A DNA stretch of 64,000 nucleotides from Phoronis australis. Its lineage: Eukaryota; Animalia; Phoronida. The notes below the pieces were generated by a model, which was not told the DNA's origin, ran no database searches, and saw only the letters and a list, made by a program, of their open reading frames with translations. Of the stretch, positions 50,618 to 64,000 are shown in pieces. The position numbers and the translations under genes were made by a program. Positions within the stretch are counted from its first letter, which is position 1. Each line of letters opens with the position of its first letter. The stretch covers positions 162,633-226,632 of the forward strand of contig NMRA01000466.1 in assembly GCA_002633005.1 (NCBI GenBank), written 5' to 3'.

Positions 50618-53600
50618 TCATCTCGTAAATGCTTGCACGCTAATCACGCCTACAAAAAATGTCCCGAATGATATATAAAATATGCCTGTTAGAACCAAGC
50701 ACCGTCTCCTGAAGTCAGTCATGTTCTCCTGGTTGATCAGTGAGAATTGCATTAACGCCAATCCTGAAAGAAGAAATAGCAAAAATGTACCACCTTATGG
50801 CAAACAATGAGTTGAGTAAATCGAGTTTGAGGAATCGAACTTTAACCTAACCAGAAAGTCTCACTAAAGCCGCGGAGGTATTGCAAGAATTGTGTACTGT
50901 AATAGTCGAATATACACGATCCTACTGCAAATGCTGGTTTAAATATGTGCCTACCTGGAAGTATACAGGTTGTAATTATGGTTACCCCACCACTGAGTGC
51001 CATGCCGCCTACTACGTCTGGGATGGCAACGTACAGTAACAGAATAGAGAAGAAGGCTCCACTGCCGATCACAAGGCGGTGCTTTTTCTCGTGCTGGACT
51101 ACTTCTTCTTCAGATAATTTCCGACAGGTGGTCCATAGATCTTGCAGCCCATTTCTAAAAAACAATGAAAACGACAAGAACAGTAATGGCAATAGAACTA
51201 CGATGATAACAGTACTAAGAACTCTTTGCTAGCTTGGTCGATCTAGCAGCTTGGATGACAAATTCCCATGTTGAATGTATTTAGTAATCTACCGTAACTT
51301 TGCTAAACCTATTTTTGGATTTACGTTACAACTCGCTGATTGTTCAGAACATGCTGCGTCATGCATATAAACAATGACGTCACTTGGAGAACACGTCAGT
51401 TTGAAAAATTCACTGTAGTATTTCTTGCAATGCTGCCGAGCCGCCAGGTTCTTTCTAGTGGTATTTATAATTGCGAAAATTGAATTCCCCTCTGCACTAC
51501 AGGGGACAAGAATTCGCTTCATGAAAGTGACTCAAGCATTTAAAAAGGACTTTAAACCCTGTTTTGATTATCTCAACCAATTCTTCTTCCGTCACCAGTT
51601 AATGACTCATTGGCACCAATCTTGAAAGACAAAGGCAGAAATAAACTAAAAACTCATAGTCCCTATCTGACACATTAGCAGTCCTTCTCGCACAGTTGCC
51701 ATGTAATTCGCTAAAGCGTAGTTTCAAAATTTCAACCAAACTTTTTATTGCTGTCGAGGTTACAGAGCAATAAGTTGTTTCAGAGAACTGGTTGGGAAAG
51801 CCTTTTAGTATCTGTTAATAGGGCAAAACCGCCTTTGGTGTCCTTTTAGGGCAGAAATTTGATCTTACGCTCTCACTTAACAATTGCTAGGAATATTTAA
51901 CCTTGTAACTATGAGCGCATCACAGTCTACAAAAAATCAAGAAATTATCTCCGTAACTAGCAGTTATGGGTCTATTGCATTTTTGGTCAAATGAGATTTA
52001 CATATTTTTCAAATTTTTTGAGAAGCGTAAGACCAAATTTCTGTTTGAATGCTTTTAAGCCTTAACACAGAAAGTTGCTTTTCATGAAAAATACCACATG
52101 GCCTTGGACCACGAGTCACGCAACTTGCACAAGAAACCGCAGTACCTTTTCATTAATGGATACTTAACAGTTCAACCAGAATCAGTTATTTTCTTAGTTG
52201 TTAGATTGAAAGTTGAAAAACTAGAGATCTTGCTTTGCTCTAATGCAATCTCGCGACTTTTCGTCAAACTACTTAAGGAATTGAACACATCGCTTTTGTA
52301 ACATTGGTTTATACGACACATATCACACCAGCCCCATATGGTTGCATATTAATACTGTACTGTACCTTAGTACAAAGAACACGAGAGGAAAGGCAGTCGA
52401 GCACTTCAAAGCCATCAGTAAGTAAGCAAGGACGACCTCTGGTGTTGGCGGATATGAGTCTATGATTTCTTTGTGCACAGCCGACCCAAATGTTAGGAAG
52501 CCAAATATTGGCACCAATGAGTTAAAAAGAGCTGTCACGACGACAGTAGCGACTAGAGTCTTCACATAGCTTGCAATGCTATTGTCTGCCATGGCACCGT
52601 AGACTGTAACGATGTCATAGTGGCACTGGGTATAAAATAAAAATGAATTAATCCAAGATGAATTAAAACTAGAACAATGTGCCAAAAATTGTAGAAGCAC
52701 CGGCGAGGATATTTTAACGACAAATTGAAATTATGGTATACTCTACTTGGGCAAATCAACACAAGAGCTCCGTAAGTTGCTCAAGTGGTCTAATAATTCA
52801 TTAAGTACAATTTAATAGTTTTTGAATTTTTCATTCATAGCCAAATGGGTTACCATCTTCTTAGCTTAACTGTTATAATAACAATAATATCCACGGCAGT
52901 AAGCAGTGGTGACACTAGTGATAACAACAATGATGACAACAACCGTAACTGAGGCCTTGTAACAATAATAACAGTAATATTTATACAAACAACAACAATA
53001 ATAACCAAGATAATGAAAACATAAAAATACATTTAATTTGGTAATGACACATTATGGTGAAAAGAATATCAATTATATCATCGTTAATGATTATAAAGTA
53101 ACACCAATATTATAGGCTATATTAGTTATGAGTTATGCAAAGCTCAATGCCAATAGCAATCTTAATACACTCATTCTAATAGCAAGCATTCAAACAGAGG
53201 TATTAACAAGTATGACATTTGTTTATCTGCCATTCTCAGTAATTACATGTAGGTAAACAATGGATAGTGCCGACATGTCAATCAAGCTAACAATTCCATC
53301 CAATGAGGACGCGGTGACGTGTAAACACAACGACGGTCCGCCATCTTTGTTCTACAACAAAGGCTGGACAAAACATCTGATTTGTTCCTGGTGACGACTT
53401 CCTGCTTGTAAATTAATCAGATGCCGTAACCTTTCCATATGGTCACAATAGCAACGTGGAACAGTTGTTGCCATTGGTTGTAAAAGATTGTGTTAACATG
53501 GTTGGAGGACATGGGTGTAGGTTGAACAGGAGCCCTGATTTGTCCAAAAAGTAAAATTGTCCTAATATTGAGAAACAATTGACATGAGATATGCTAAAAA

Positions 53601-56600
53601 ATAGTGTCTTTCACTTTAGCCTTCATTTTTCTCCATTGAGTTTGTCTCGTCTTGCTTTGCCGATAGTTGTGCCCCCCATTCAAGATTTGGTTCCGCCGCC
53701 CATAATCAGATGGTTTCACGATGAAATTCTGGCCCTTGCAAATGAAGAAAAACGATTTCTAGAGAATTAAAAAGGTCAGCCTCAGAGAAACAAAAACTCC
53801 GAAAAAGGTAGAAAACGAGACAAAAGTCCATTAAAAAGGCAGGGACCACCAAAATTCGGCGAATGCACAACCCATTGATCTAAACGTACCCCGTAAGTCT
53901 TAGTTAACGGTCCACATTCTGAAGAATTCGAGCCCCCATTTTTTAAGCTGGGCGGAGGCACTATGCTTGTCGTTGATAAAAGCACGCAGTGGACTTCAGA
54001 AAAATGTTAATCTACACCTGGATGCACCATACGGATAGGCAATAACAAATTGAAAGAAATTTACCTTTATAACATTTCAAAAATAATTGGTAATTCATTT
54101 ATATTGTTGTATCTTAACACCTAAACTTTTAGCTGTGATTGCATAAGTTACTTAAACAGTCACCAAGATTTTAAACACTACACAGCCACCGGATATTAAA
54201 AAGAATTCCAATGAAATCAAATTGTGTTTTTCCAACTACCATTTGTGGTTTCAAAAAGCTTACCGGAGCACCAAATATTGTCACCCAATATAAGAGTACA
54301 ACGCGAACAACTGTGTCCGTTTGAATCGACCAGACACCCGCATGAATGAAGCTTGGTGTATCCATAGGCTGCAGTACGAATGGCCTCTAATGCTTGGCAT
54401 CATGGATTTTACAGAGGTCGGCTCGCTGTTTGAAACTCGCTGTATTGCCCCGTGCCTAAGTTCCTACGAACTCGCTGCTACTCCGTCTCCATGTTTTCCT
54501 GTTTCAATGCCCCCAACAAGTTAATTTATTCAAATTTCTATGTTTTAGTGTGCTTCAGGTGCATGAGTATATCTATGTGTGGCAGAACGGTAACAAAAAA
54601 CAAACTTAACTTTCGGAAAAAGACACAATATGAATCATACCATTGGTCGGAATCCTCAGTCGAAGGATCTTTAACTTCAATTTGCAACAAATTAGATACT
54701 ATACTCAAATAGACTGACTCTAGACACACAGTTGTGGGAAGGGTCGGGAAACATCAGCGCGTGGAACAGCCTTGGGGATCATAGGGAGGAGGGAATATCG
54801 GCTATGAAACAAAAGGTCCGGGGAAATACAGAAACGGGACAACAGCGGTAAAGACCCATATACTGCTACGTGGAAGAGTTGGCTCGCTTTCCCAGAGCCG
54901 ATTTGTGCAATGCGGTTACGGCAGCAGTTAGAACAGAAAATTCCCAACTCTTTCGTAATGAAACTGTTGTGGTACTGAGTTTTTAGAACTTTCCAACAGT
55001 TATAATGGAGTCTTGATCTAATGTTTTTGTTGGAACTATACATGAAATTGTCGTTGAAAATGTTATACCTCTTAAAAACATGGACGTTTGCAACTATTTT
55101 CGATTTGTAATAATGTGTACATTTTCCCAGAAGAAACTCACGCTCAACACTCACGGCATATGCGAATAGCACCCCAGGCGCTACAAGGAACACATCAACC
55201 ACTGTTGCACGGGGAGGGCTGCGAAATGACTGGGGTAGTTGAGGATTGCTTACATACAAAGCATACTTCACTGTGACCAAGGCAATGACGTATAACACGA
55301 ACACGATCCCAGGAACACTGCAATAGGTCATCGTGATATTAACGGTACATGTGCACGGTGTGGTCAACGGTCAAGATTAAATTTTACGAATCCTACACAG
55401 GAAAAGGCTGGCTTCATACCAAAAGAAAACATATTTTGATTAGTTTACAAATACGAAAATAGATCTTTTATAGAAAGTTCTGTGGTAGAATTTCACTTAA
55501 TTTCCAAGTAACAGCAAGTTACAGTGTGGCCTTTCACTTTCATCAAAAAGCTTGTCGCTTGTCTTGTGATCATCATAACTTTGTTCATAACACCCGTTAC
55601 TACAATGATCCTATAAGGAAGTCGCCAAACTGTCTCTTGTTTGCATTAAATGTGTTGCTTGGACGCGTTGGCTATTTTTGTCAGTGGAAATGTTTAGTTT
55701 ATTTGATGGTCTTGGTGACTAATTGCGACAACGGGTTTTTAAAACCAGGCAATCGCCCTTAGAAAGGAACTCGAAAAACCCAAAACTAAACATTTTTATT
55801 CGAACAATTACTGTTTCAATGCCCGAAATTAAGAATATTTGCCTCAATATCTTCTAGACTTACATGTGTATTCCATTTGACATTTGAATGTTTTAATCGC
55901 AAATGTTCGAAAAATAATTTCTCAAAACATCCACCGAGTTTCTTAATAGAGTACTTACAGCATCTGCATTGAACTAGAAAACATCAGCCTACCTTATATA
56001 TTTCAGACACTTCACTTCCCTGAGAAGACACAGCGGATAAAGAACTAGGACGCTAGCTACACTGACCAAGAGCTTCTGGTTGAGGAACCAAGAGCCTCTG
56101 ACTTCTTTAGGCACTATACAGTCTAGAACTAAAGATGTAACACCAGTTAAGAGTGTTATTGTTTTATTTTCCGTATACATTTCAAATTGTACCAAGTTGG
56201 TTCGGTGATTTGATAGATCTTAAAGAAACCTGGAACGCAAAAACAGAATAAGTTGCTACACACATCGAAGTTTTCTCCCGAGACGTGTGACCCGAGGTTT
56301 GCTGACTACGGTCGGGAAGGATCAGCCTTGGCTGGCGTCAGAACTGTTAAAATGCATCTCAGATGTTCAATTTGGCTGTGAATGTCCACAGTTAAATTTT
56401 AAATTCGCGCTTTCACAGACGTCACCAAGACGTTTAGACATGTGTCTAAAGGAAAATACGTTTGAGCAACTTCGAATGAAAAAGTGCCCATCAATGAGAG
56501 GACTTGAATTTGAAGAGAGATAATCACGGAATTAGCACAATGCGTTCTGCTAGTAAACTGCTTTGTGGAGAGACTTGACATTCCAGAAGTTTACTTTGTG

Positions 56601-59600
56601 TAATTGAATTAGGCACAACACCATGGTACAGACAGAAATTGCGTAACTCAGTGGAAGCAGCTCTTTTGGCGTCAGGAGAAAACTTGGCCATGATTCAAAG
56701 TAGTTCTCTGCGAATGAAACATATTTCAACCTACTCACCAGGTATTTTTGTACATAAAGATTTTGAATTTCTGTTGTTATCAAAGCATTTTTGATTTAGT
56801 TTCAAATTTCAAAAAACAGCCGGTCAACTGCTCGCCACGTCTTTTTATTTGCTATGGCAAGACGAAGACGAAGCGCATTTACTTCATATGGAAAGGGTGA
56901 CCTTTGACCTAAACAAAACAATGACGACTCCAATCAGTAGCCATTCCGATTAAGAGGCAACTGATGTAAGTCTTAACTGATTAAATTTTAGTTATAAAAG
57001 TATTATAGGGTTCAAATATGATTCACTTGAAATTCTTTTAGAAAAATTGCTTGCTTCATTGGCTCGCCTCACATTGTGCTGTCGACCCCAGATTCACTGT
57101 CCGATAACACATGATAACCTTCAGGTAATATCCATCTTATCAGTCAGCTGTTTATCGAATGACTGTGAGCGCATGCGCGCATTCATCATAAGTTAGAGGG
57201 AAATAAACTCTGTGGTTACTACCGAGTTTTTCCTTCGCACGTATTTCTAAAATCGTGATTTTTTTTACTTTTTCCTGAAATTTCCTCACAGGGGAACGTG
57301 AAATACTTTGTACGCACTAGACGTTGCCAAATGTTTTTTTTTCGTCAAGAATTGTTTAAAAAATATTTAAGACGAGCTTTCGCGTTCCATGCCTCTTTGA
57401 TATTTTGCGAGTCACTGGTCTGAGAAAATATAAAAAGGAACGTGAGAACAAATGTCCCAAAAATTAATTTTTTTAGAAGGCAATCATTTCAAAAAATCAA
57501 AATGTCGTTTTTCTTTTTCTTAAATGATAAGAAGACATTCCGTCGCATTTCACTCAACACCAGTCGCTGATTATGAACTTCCTTCAAACTTCATGTATAC
57601 TGACCTATAAAATGTGTTTTTGTCTTTTGCTTAAACGAAAAACTTTGTAAAAACGCAAGTGAACATTTCAACCAATCGTTCACGGCCATAGAGCATGAAA
57701 ACACCTGATGGGAATGAGTCAAACGTATTTAGGCCTAACAGCGAGCTGCAAATGTTCTAAGCATAATGTTCTTTTAAACAATATCAGTCAATATTACTCG
57801 GCTGCACGATTCCACATTGACTCACCCATTTCCGAGTGATCGCCTGTGATAATCATGTACATGACGCAGCAAGCACCGCCGTGTACTGTCAACGCCAGAA
57901 TGGATGCTTTGTGTCCACAGGGGCCTAATGCGAACATCATAACATCTTGGTACGACTCAGCCTTTGCTTCGGCAGCGATGTAGGTGAGGATAACCAGAGA
58001 ACCTACCATTACTAGAAGAACACTCTGTGGATTGTGAAAATGACAATGATTGTAAATAAAACGCCAATTCTAATGCTTGTCATAATGAAATAAATTAAAT
58101 TATACCACGGTATTAGCCTCGAATGGCAGATACAACCGTGTAATAACCCATAAAGTTATCTCACTAGTGAGATAACATTTTGGCGGGAAACCGAGGCCGG
58201 ATTCGAATAAGGGTCTCAAGAGTTTCGAGTCGCCGACTTTACCACTACACCACTCAGCGGCTGACGTCATCGAACGTGAAAATAGAATACTAAAATGAGC
58301 ACGCGCAACAATCGCACGTTCAGCAAAGGGCATTGCACCAACATTTATAAGCTAAGACGCATAATTTCCATAAAAACGATATTTTAATTCAGTGAAATTT
58401 TTTCTCTCGTGTTCTCTCACTTGTAAATCACCGATCTCCAATTTGAATGCGGGTATCGTGTCGTCGGGATCCTTTGACTTGAGCATTTTACTCAGTTACT
58501 AGTGGTAACCTACTTTAGCAGACGATATTTTCCCGGTCGAAGCTTAGCGTGATAAACAGTGTAGTAAGCTATAATAATTGCTAAACCTTAATTTATAGAT
58601 TCACTTTATTTCTATTTTGTTTAAATTTTCAATTGGTTGTGAGTAAAAGCATTATTTGACAAAAATAGCTCGGCTTTTCTTAAAAGGTCACGACCTCCGA
58701 CCCCGGGCCTCTGCCATAGAAAGTAGTTAGCAAGACGAGGCGAGTCGAGAAAGGTAGATCGATTCATTGCAATGTTTCTGGTTCTCGGGTGATAATTCTC
58801 CAAAATCCACTCGGGCTCTAGATAACGGAGGATAACGACTTCGCCATGTAATAATCTATATATATGCAGGCAGGAATTAATGGCCGCACTACCACGATAA
58901 AATATCTTGCCTCGCATAAAACTTCCAATTCCCATTCGGTTGCGGCTTTAAAAAATGTCATTCTGAGCGACAGTGGGGCAACTGTTGGAATAGTCGGTGC
59001 AACATTTAACTTTGACTGTAAAAGTAATCAATGGGATCGCTTCTCATCGTTGAAAAATGACCCCTGGTAATTTTTACGGAGTCTAATTTGAACGTGTAAA
59101 ATTGCCAGACAGCGAATCCCGATAATGGCACAATCTCACCGCTTCCAAGGGTTAGTGATGCTATGATAATGTGAATATGCCAATCTTAAAGCATCGTGGA
59201 AATATTCATCGCAAATTTTTAAGACTGGTATCCTCGCCATCTGTTGGCCACATCCCATGGCCTAATGAATATAAGATTTCTGCCTTGACAGTCCACTGAG
59301 TCATCGGACTAGAGCCTCTGCTCAATTAGCAGAACATACCGGGTTTGAGCCCCGTGACGGGCAGAAATATTTACCAACTTATATGTATTAGGACACGTGA
59401 TGTGGCCAAAAGGAGGCATGCAGAACAGGCTTGAATNNNTGGTCGTCTCCTTCGTAGAAGCTTATTCGTCTTCGGGCCAGTCGCTGCCAAAGCATGATGG
59501 CATTAAAAACTGCAATCTTACTTGAGTAAAGTAAATTATTTACCGGTGTGGGAAAAGTTGGCGTTCTACCGTTATTCTGCTGCTAAAATTGAGGTGCGCC

Positions 59601-62600
59601 CTTTTAGGTCGGTATTCGGCGTCATGATATGTGGTACAAAACAAATCATCGGAACAGGTATCAATTCGTTACAAATTTTTAGTATTTTGATACCAGCAAA
59701 CCTAATCTCAGAACAATTTTTGATGCTACAAAGCTGTCATCATCTCCCATCCTGCCAAGTAAAAAATTGCAATTCATATTAAACAAGAGCAACGCGTACC
59801 GTTGAAATGCAACCACGAATGTGCTTTTAGAGTTGTTCATCTTTTGTATCATAAAAATGGCCACTAGATGGCGCAAAACGTCCAATCCTTGTGAAAACGG
59901 AACATGCCATTGCTTCTTTAATAGCAAGCTATTTACAAAATTTCATGAAAACCTGTCAAGGAACTTCACTGAAACTAAGGAAAACGAAAAAAAAATGAAA
60001 TGGCGGCAAGGGCCACAGTGTCCTCCTCAAAATCGTCGTCTATTGTAAACTTCGTATAAATACACTTACTAATTTTCATGAAGTTCGTGCAATGGGCTTA
60101 GGAGATACCNNNNNNNNNNNNNNNNNNNNNNNNNNNNNNNNNNNNNNNNNNNNNNNNNNNNNNNNNNNNNNNNNNNNNNNNNNNNNNNNNNNNNNNNNNN
60201 NNNNNNNNNNNNNNNNNNNNNNNNNNNNNNNNNNNNNNNNNNNNNNNNNNNNNNNNNNNGCTATGGCTGCAAAACAAACCAACACCCCTAGGAGGCGCCA
60301 CAGTAATCGAAGTTGTCCTCGTAACTGTCCTCTTCACAGTGAGAACATATACGCCAATTTTCAAAATCATCCTTAGAATGGTTTGGTTGATAGAGGGGTG
60401 GACGCCAAAAAGCAGAATCGAAAACAGTAAAAATGGCAACTAGGTGATGCAAATTAACTCGAATCCATCCGAAAATGGGAGGATAGTATAACCTCAACAA
60501 TACATGCCTGATATATTCTAAATTTTATGAAACTCCTTTGAGGACCTTTGAACGTACAGAGGTAAACGTAAAAAATTGAACTTGCCACTAGGAGGACATT
60601 GGTGGTCAGATCCGTGCGAACGTCGTCGTTGTCCGTTGTCAAAATCATATACACTTGCTAAATTAAGAAAAAATCCTGAAAACGGTTTAGGATATACAGC
60701 CATGGGCGCAACAACTTGCCACTAGGAGGCGCCACAGTGGTCGGAGTCATCGGAAAATTATCGTCAGCCATCCTCTTCAAAGTAAGAACATACATGCCAA
60801 TTTTCACAATCATCGTTAGAGCGGTTTGGTTGATAGAGGGAAAGACGCCAAAACAGACTCGGAAACAGTAAAAATGGTCACTAGGTGACGCAAAATACCT
60901 CGAATCCATCCGATAATTGGAGGATAGCGTCATCGTACCAATGGATGCCAATATTCCAAATGTTATGAACATACGTTGAGGACCTTTGAATGTACAGAGG
61001 TAAACGTAAAACACTAAAGTTGCCACTAGGGGGCGCACCGGTTTTTCAATCCGTGCGAAAGTCATTATCCTCTGTTGACAACATCAGTTAACTACACTTA
61101 CTAAATTTAGTAAAAATCCTGCTAACGATTTATGAGATACAGCCGTGGGTGCAAAAAAATAACAAAACTGCCACTAGGAAGCCCCACGGTAGTCGAAGTC
61201 GTCGGCCATCCTCTTCATAGTAGGAACATACACATGCCAATTTTCACTATCATCCTTACAGAGGTGGACACCTTAGAGAGGTGGACACCAAAAACAGACT
61301 CGAAAACAGTAAAAATGGCCACTAGATGGTGCAAACTACGTCGCATCGATCCGAAAACGAGAGAACAGTGTCATCTCACTAATAGATGCCTATATTCTAA
61401 ATTTTATGAAAATACGTTGAGGACTTCCGAAGATACAGAGGTAAGCGTAAAAAACTAAAATTGCCACTAGGGGGCACACCGGTAGTCAGAAAGGTTCGAA
61501 ATTCCTTGTCATCCGTCGTCAGCTACATAGAAACACATCTGCCAAATCTCTTCAAATTCCTGTGAGGGGTTTAGGAGATACAGCTGCGGACGCCGGACGC
61601 CCGGACAGACAGAAATGACGGCAATATGCGACCACATATAAATATGTGGGCGCATAAATAGGTCATTTTCAATGCATGTTAGCACACTGGTTGCATTTAT
61701 TTTTATTGTTCAAAGGATGACAAAGAAGGAAACAAAACAAACATTAAAAGGCTTGATCAATTCAGGATATGTGCATTGTCATCAGACTGCAAAAATCAAG
61801 ATCTGTATTTCGTAAGATAATCTGTGTAGAGATGCATGCTAGACAGATAGTTCTCAGCACGACTTCAAGACTCATTGCATCTTGAAGATCTCAAAAGAAG
61901 ATAAGTTTATTACTTTAACGCAGTTAAGTAAGGATATTTAAACTTACGAGAAAACAATAAAGCTTCATTCGAAAAGACATGAAGGAATATCATTGAGTAC
62001 ATCAATATACGTCGTTTGACATGGGCTGGTTTGCTTGTTCAACGACATTGACGGCACTTGTACGGCAAATCAGTCTTGGAATTTTGGCGAGTATCATTTT
62101 TGTTTCAACGTGTACAAATGTTTGATTTCAAATTGGCTCTTTCGTCGAATACACTTAGAGTGTCGCTTCAACTTCAGCGTCGGTAATTAGCATTAAGGGT
62201 ACGGCAAACCCTTCGATTGGAAACTTGATACGATAGAAAGCTGGCCAGCTGTATGAAGACTGTCATCGTCAACTTACACCAAGGTAGCTGTGTGTTCAGC
62301 TCGTTAGACACATAAATCAGGTAGCTCTCCTCGTCTCGTGGTGAAAATTAAATCAACATGTATAGCTAACACCAGCAGGAAAAGAATCGCGCAGCCGCAC
62401 AACTGCCCAAATTTGACAGAAATTCTGATTGAAGCTTGAAAATAAAACGGTCTCTTCATGAAATATCCCTGCCTCTTGCTATGAATACTATATTCATTTG
62501 AAGGTGTAGCTATTCCCCTTCGGCATTTCCCACATACAAGCTGTTACCCGTGTGAAAACAGGAGTAACATCTAGTCAGATTATAAATCATCAAACGAAAT

Positions 62601-63010
62601 ATCCCGTCATGCAAAAATTCACCATTTTTCCGAAACAAATTCAATTTATAAACAATAACCACGTTTGTTTGCTTCCAATTTGTCCTATGGGTCCGCAATC
62701 TGATGTTACAATCTGTAAAAAAGTCGTTAGCGATTGTTTAATACGCAATGTATGTGCTACATTGCGTTTTTCAAAAATGCGACTTAAACGAAATGGCATC
62801 TTTCGATTTGCATTTTGCACTTCTTCTTAGTTCGTGATTGGTCTATTGAAAAGATGTTTGCTGTACTTACGTAGTGCATAATACTCGCTGGCAAAAGCCC
62901 TCCTGCAGCGTTATACGCCCAAGGCATCTCCAATATTCCTGTCCCAACACAGGTGTTAATAATGAGAAAACTTGCCACAAACCAGCTAATTCCACTTTTG
63001 TTCGGGATTC
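50618..63010 (-). CDS. SLC38A7-like: Sodium-coupled neutral amino acid transporter, SLC38A7/A8-like, paralog C (7 exons resolved; first coding exon not found, possibly beyond the window)
   Basis: Exons 63010-62871, 58024-57826, 56128-55993, 55317-55155, 52625-52366, 51154-50955, 50763-50618 (TGA). GT-AG junctions, same lengths and phases as paralog A, open frame. Motifs INTCVGTGILEMPWAY, SYQDVM, GDHSE, FAYA|CHY, GFLTFGSAV, CILPGL. Confidence 0.88.
58095..58262 (-). mobile_element. tRNA-derived SINE-like element or tRNA pseudogene head
   Basis: Minus strand has A-box TGGTGTAGTGG and B-box-like TTCGAATCC at tRNA spacing (58189-58262). The stems are imperfect, so it is not called a functional tRNA. 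Confidence 0.55.
59221..59435. mobile_element. Inverted-repeat-bounded element with a tRNA-like core
   Basis: ~55-bp imperfect inverted arms (TTGGCCACATC.CATGGCCTAAT..ATATAAG / CTTATAT..ATTAGGACACG.GATGTGGCCAA) around a core containing GGGTTTGAGCCCG. Confidence 0.5.
59781..61659 (+). mobile_element. HINE family 1, near full length, with an internal array of ~440-bp units
   Basis: Starts AAACAAGAG with subterminal ATGCAACCAC. Units recur at ~60291, 60726 and 61177. Ends CGGACGCCCGGACAGACAG, then hairpin ATGCGACCACATATAAATATGTGGGCGCAT and AAA. Contains the assembly gap. Confidence 0.7.
60110..60259. other. Assembly gap (150 N)
   Basis: Run of n characters. Confidence 0.99.
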
Positions 63011-64000
63011 CTGAGAACACAAACGATTTAATAATGAGTAACTCACAAAAAACAGAACACGAAAAATTCTATATTGTGCTATACAATTTAGTTGAGTGTC
63101 AAGTCAAAGAATTGAGGCCCGTTACAGGGAAGCTATATTCTATATTCGGAAGAGCAGTTGTTTGGTATAATATATGTGTTGATCAATTAAACTAAATTTT
63201 CATTTTGATTTTTTCAGTTAGAAGTTTTGCCAACCTTAAGGCCAGATGTACTAGCGTAGTCACGGGGAGGATGCAACGCAGGAATGTAAATATGTCCTTG
63301 CAATAGACATGCATCTTCAAAAAACATAAACTAGTACGACTACCTTAGTTACGCTTATTGCCAACCGGTCTTGACCAATGCTTCCACCTCATGGCCTACT
63401 TTACTTAACACACGACTCTTTAATGAACAAATTCGGGTTTTTGCACAAACGTGAAAAATACGACAGTAATGCAATCAAGAATACTTCACAGAGAAAATTT
63501 CTTTATATTGCCCATAGCTAATGCTCTTCGTGAACCGCTAGAACTTAGATGGGAAGGTAGCTGAGACAGTTTCATTGAGCAAACAACTACAATTCTCAAG
63601 CAAACCGTATTCCGTAGATAAAGCCAGGCTGACCCAGACTTAGAAACATGCATATACGACTACTGCATTACTAGACTTCATTCGGTCTGCCTCACGGCTA
63701 GCCAGGCAGGATCGTAAACGGAAGGCATGAGAGAGAAATCAGTCATGTTCTTCTCATGTTTACTCTCGGGGTAGAATTACGCTTACCTTCGGGTAGGTTA
63801 ACGCCTTCCCCATACTTTCCTCGCGCCTCTCTCACGCTTACCTCACGTTTTCTTCACGCCTTCGGTAGCTGTGTTAACCGTGATTGTACGTCGGGCTAAT
63901 AAAATGACATCTAGATCTGCAGGTACAGGTTTGTTTGGTGTACTTTTCGAGTAATACGTTGGTTTGGATGGTTTCCGACTAGCTCCGTAATTTCACGTAC

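Noticed and set aside
54720-55367. 215-aa ORF as a standalone gene
   Set aside because: Only 55155-55317 is the transporter exon. The rest is intron read-through that is not open in paralog B.
58189-58262. Functional tRNA gene
   Set aside because: Acceptor, anticodon and T stems pair poorly. Treated as SINE or pseudogene.

Overview
Eukaryotic, AT-rich genomic DNA with spliceosomal introns and many transposon remnants; the repeat types suggest a marine invertebrate (inference). The window holds a minus-strand tandem array of three SLC38A7/A8-like (Aa_trans) amino-acid transporter paralogs. Copies A (5786-15058) and C (50618-63010) each have seven in-frame GT-AG exons of identical lengths (140/199/136/163/260/200/146 bp); their start-codon exon was not identified. 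Copy B (41635-45846) is a pseudogene with a frameshift, a premature stop, a GT>GC donor change and a 14-bp deletion, and its 5' half is missing at the point where a CR1/L2-type LINE is inserted. The rest is decayed mobile DNA: a Bel/Pao LTR element, two L1/Tx1-like LINEs, CR1/L2 fragments, a THAP-bearing Kolobok-like element, Helentron-type HINEs, hAT- and Harbinger-like MITEs and tRNA-derived elements. Several duplications next to single 'n' characters look like haplotype or assembly joins. The most interesting signals are paralog divergence concentrated in predicted substrate-lining helices, the LINE-associated deletion in copy B, and a possible KolobokP solo terminal repeat. No CRISPR, rRNA or prokaryotic system is supported.
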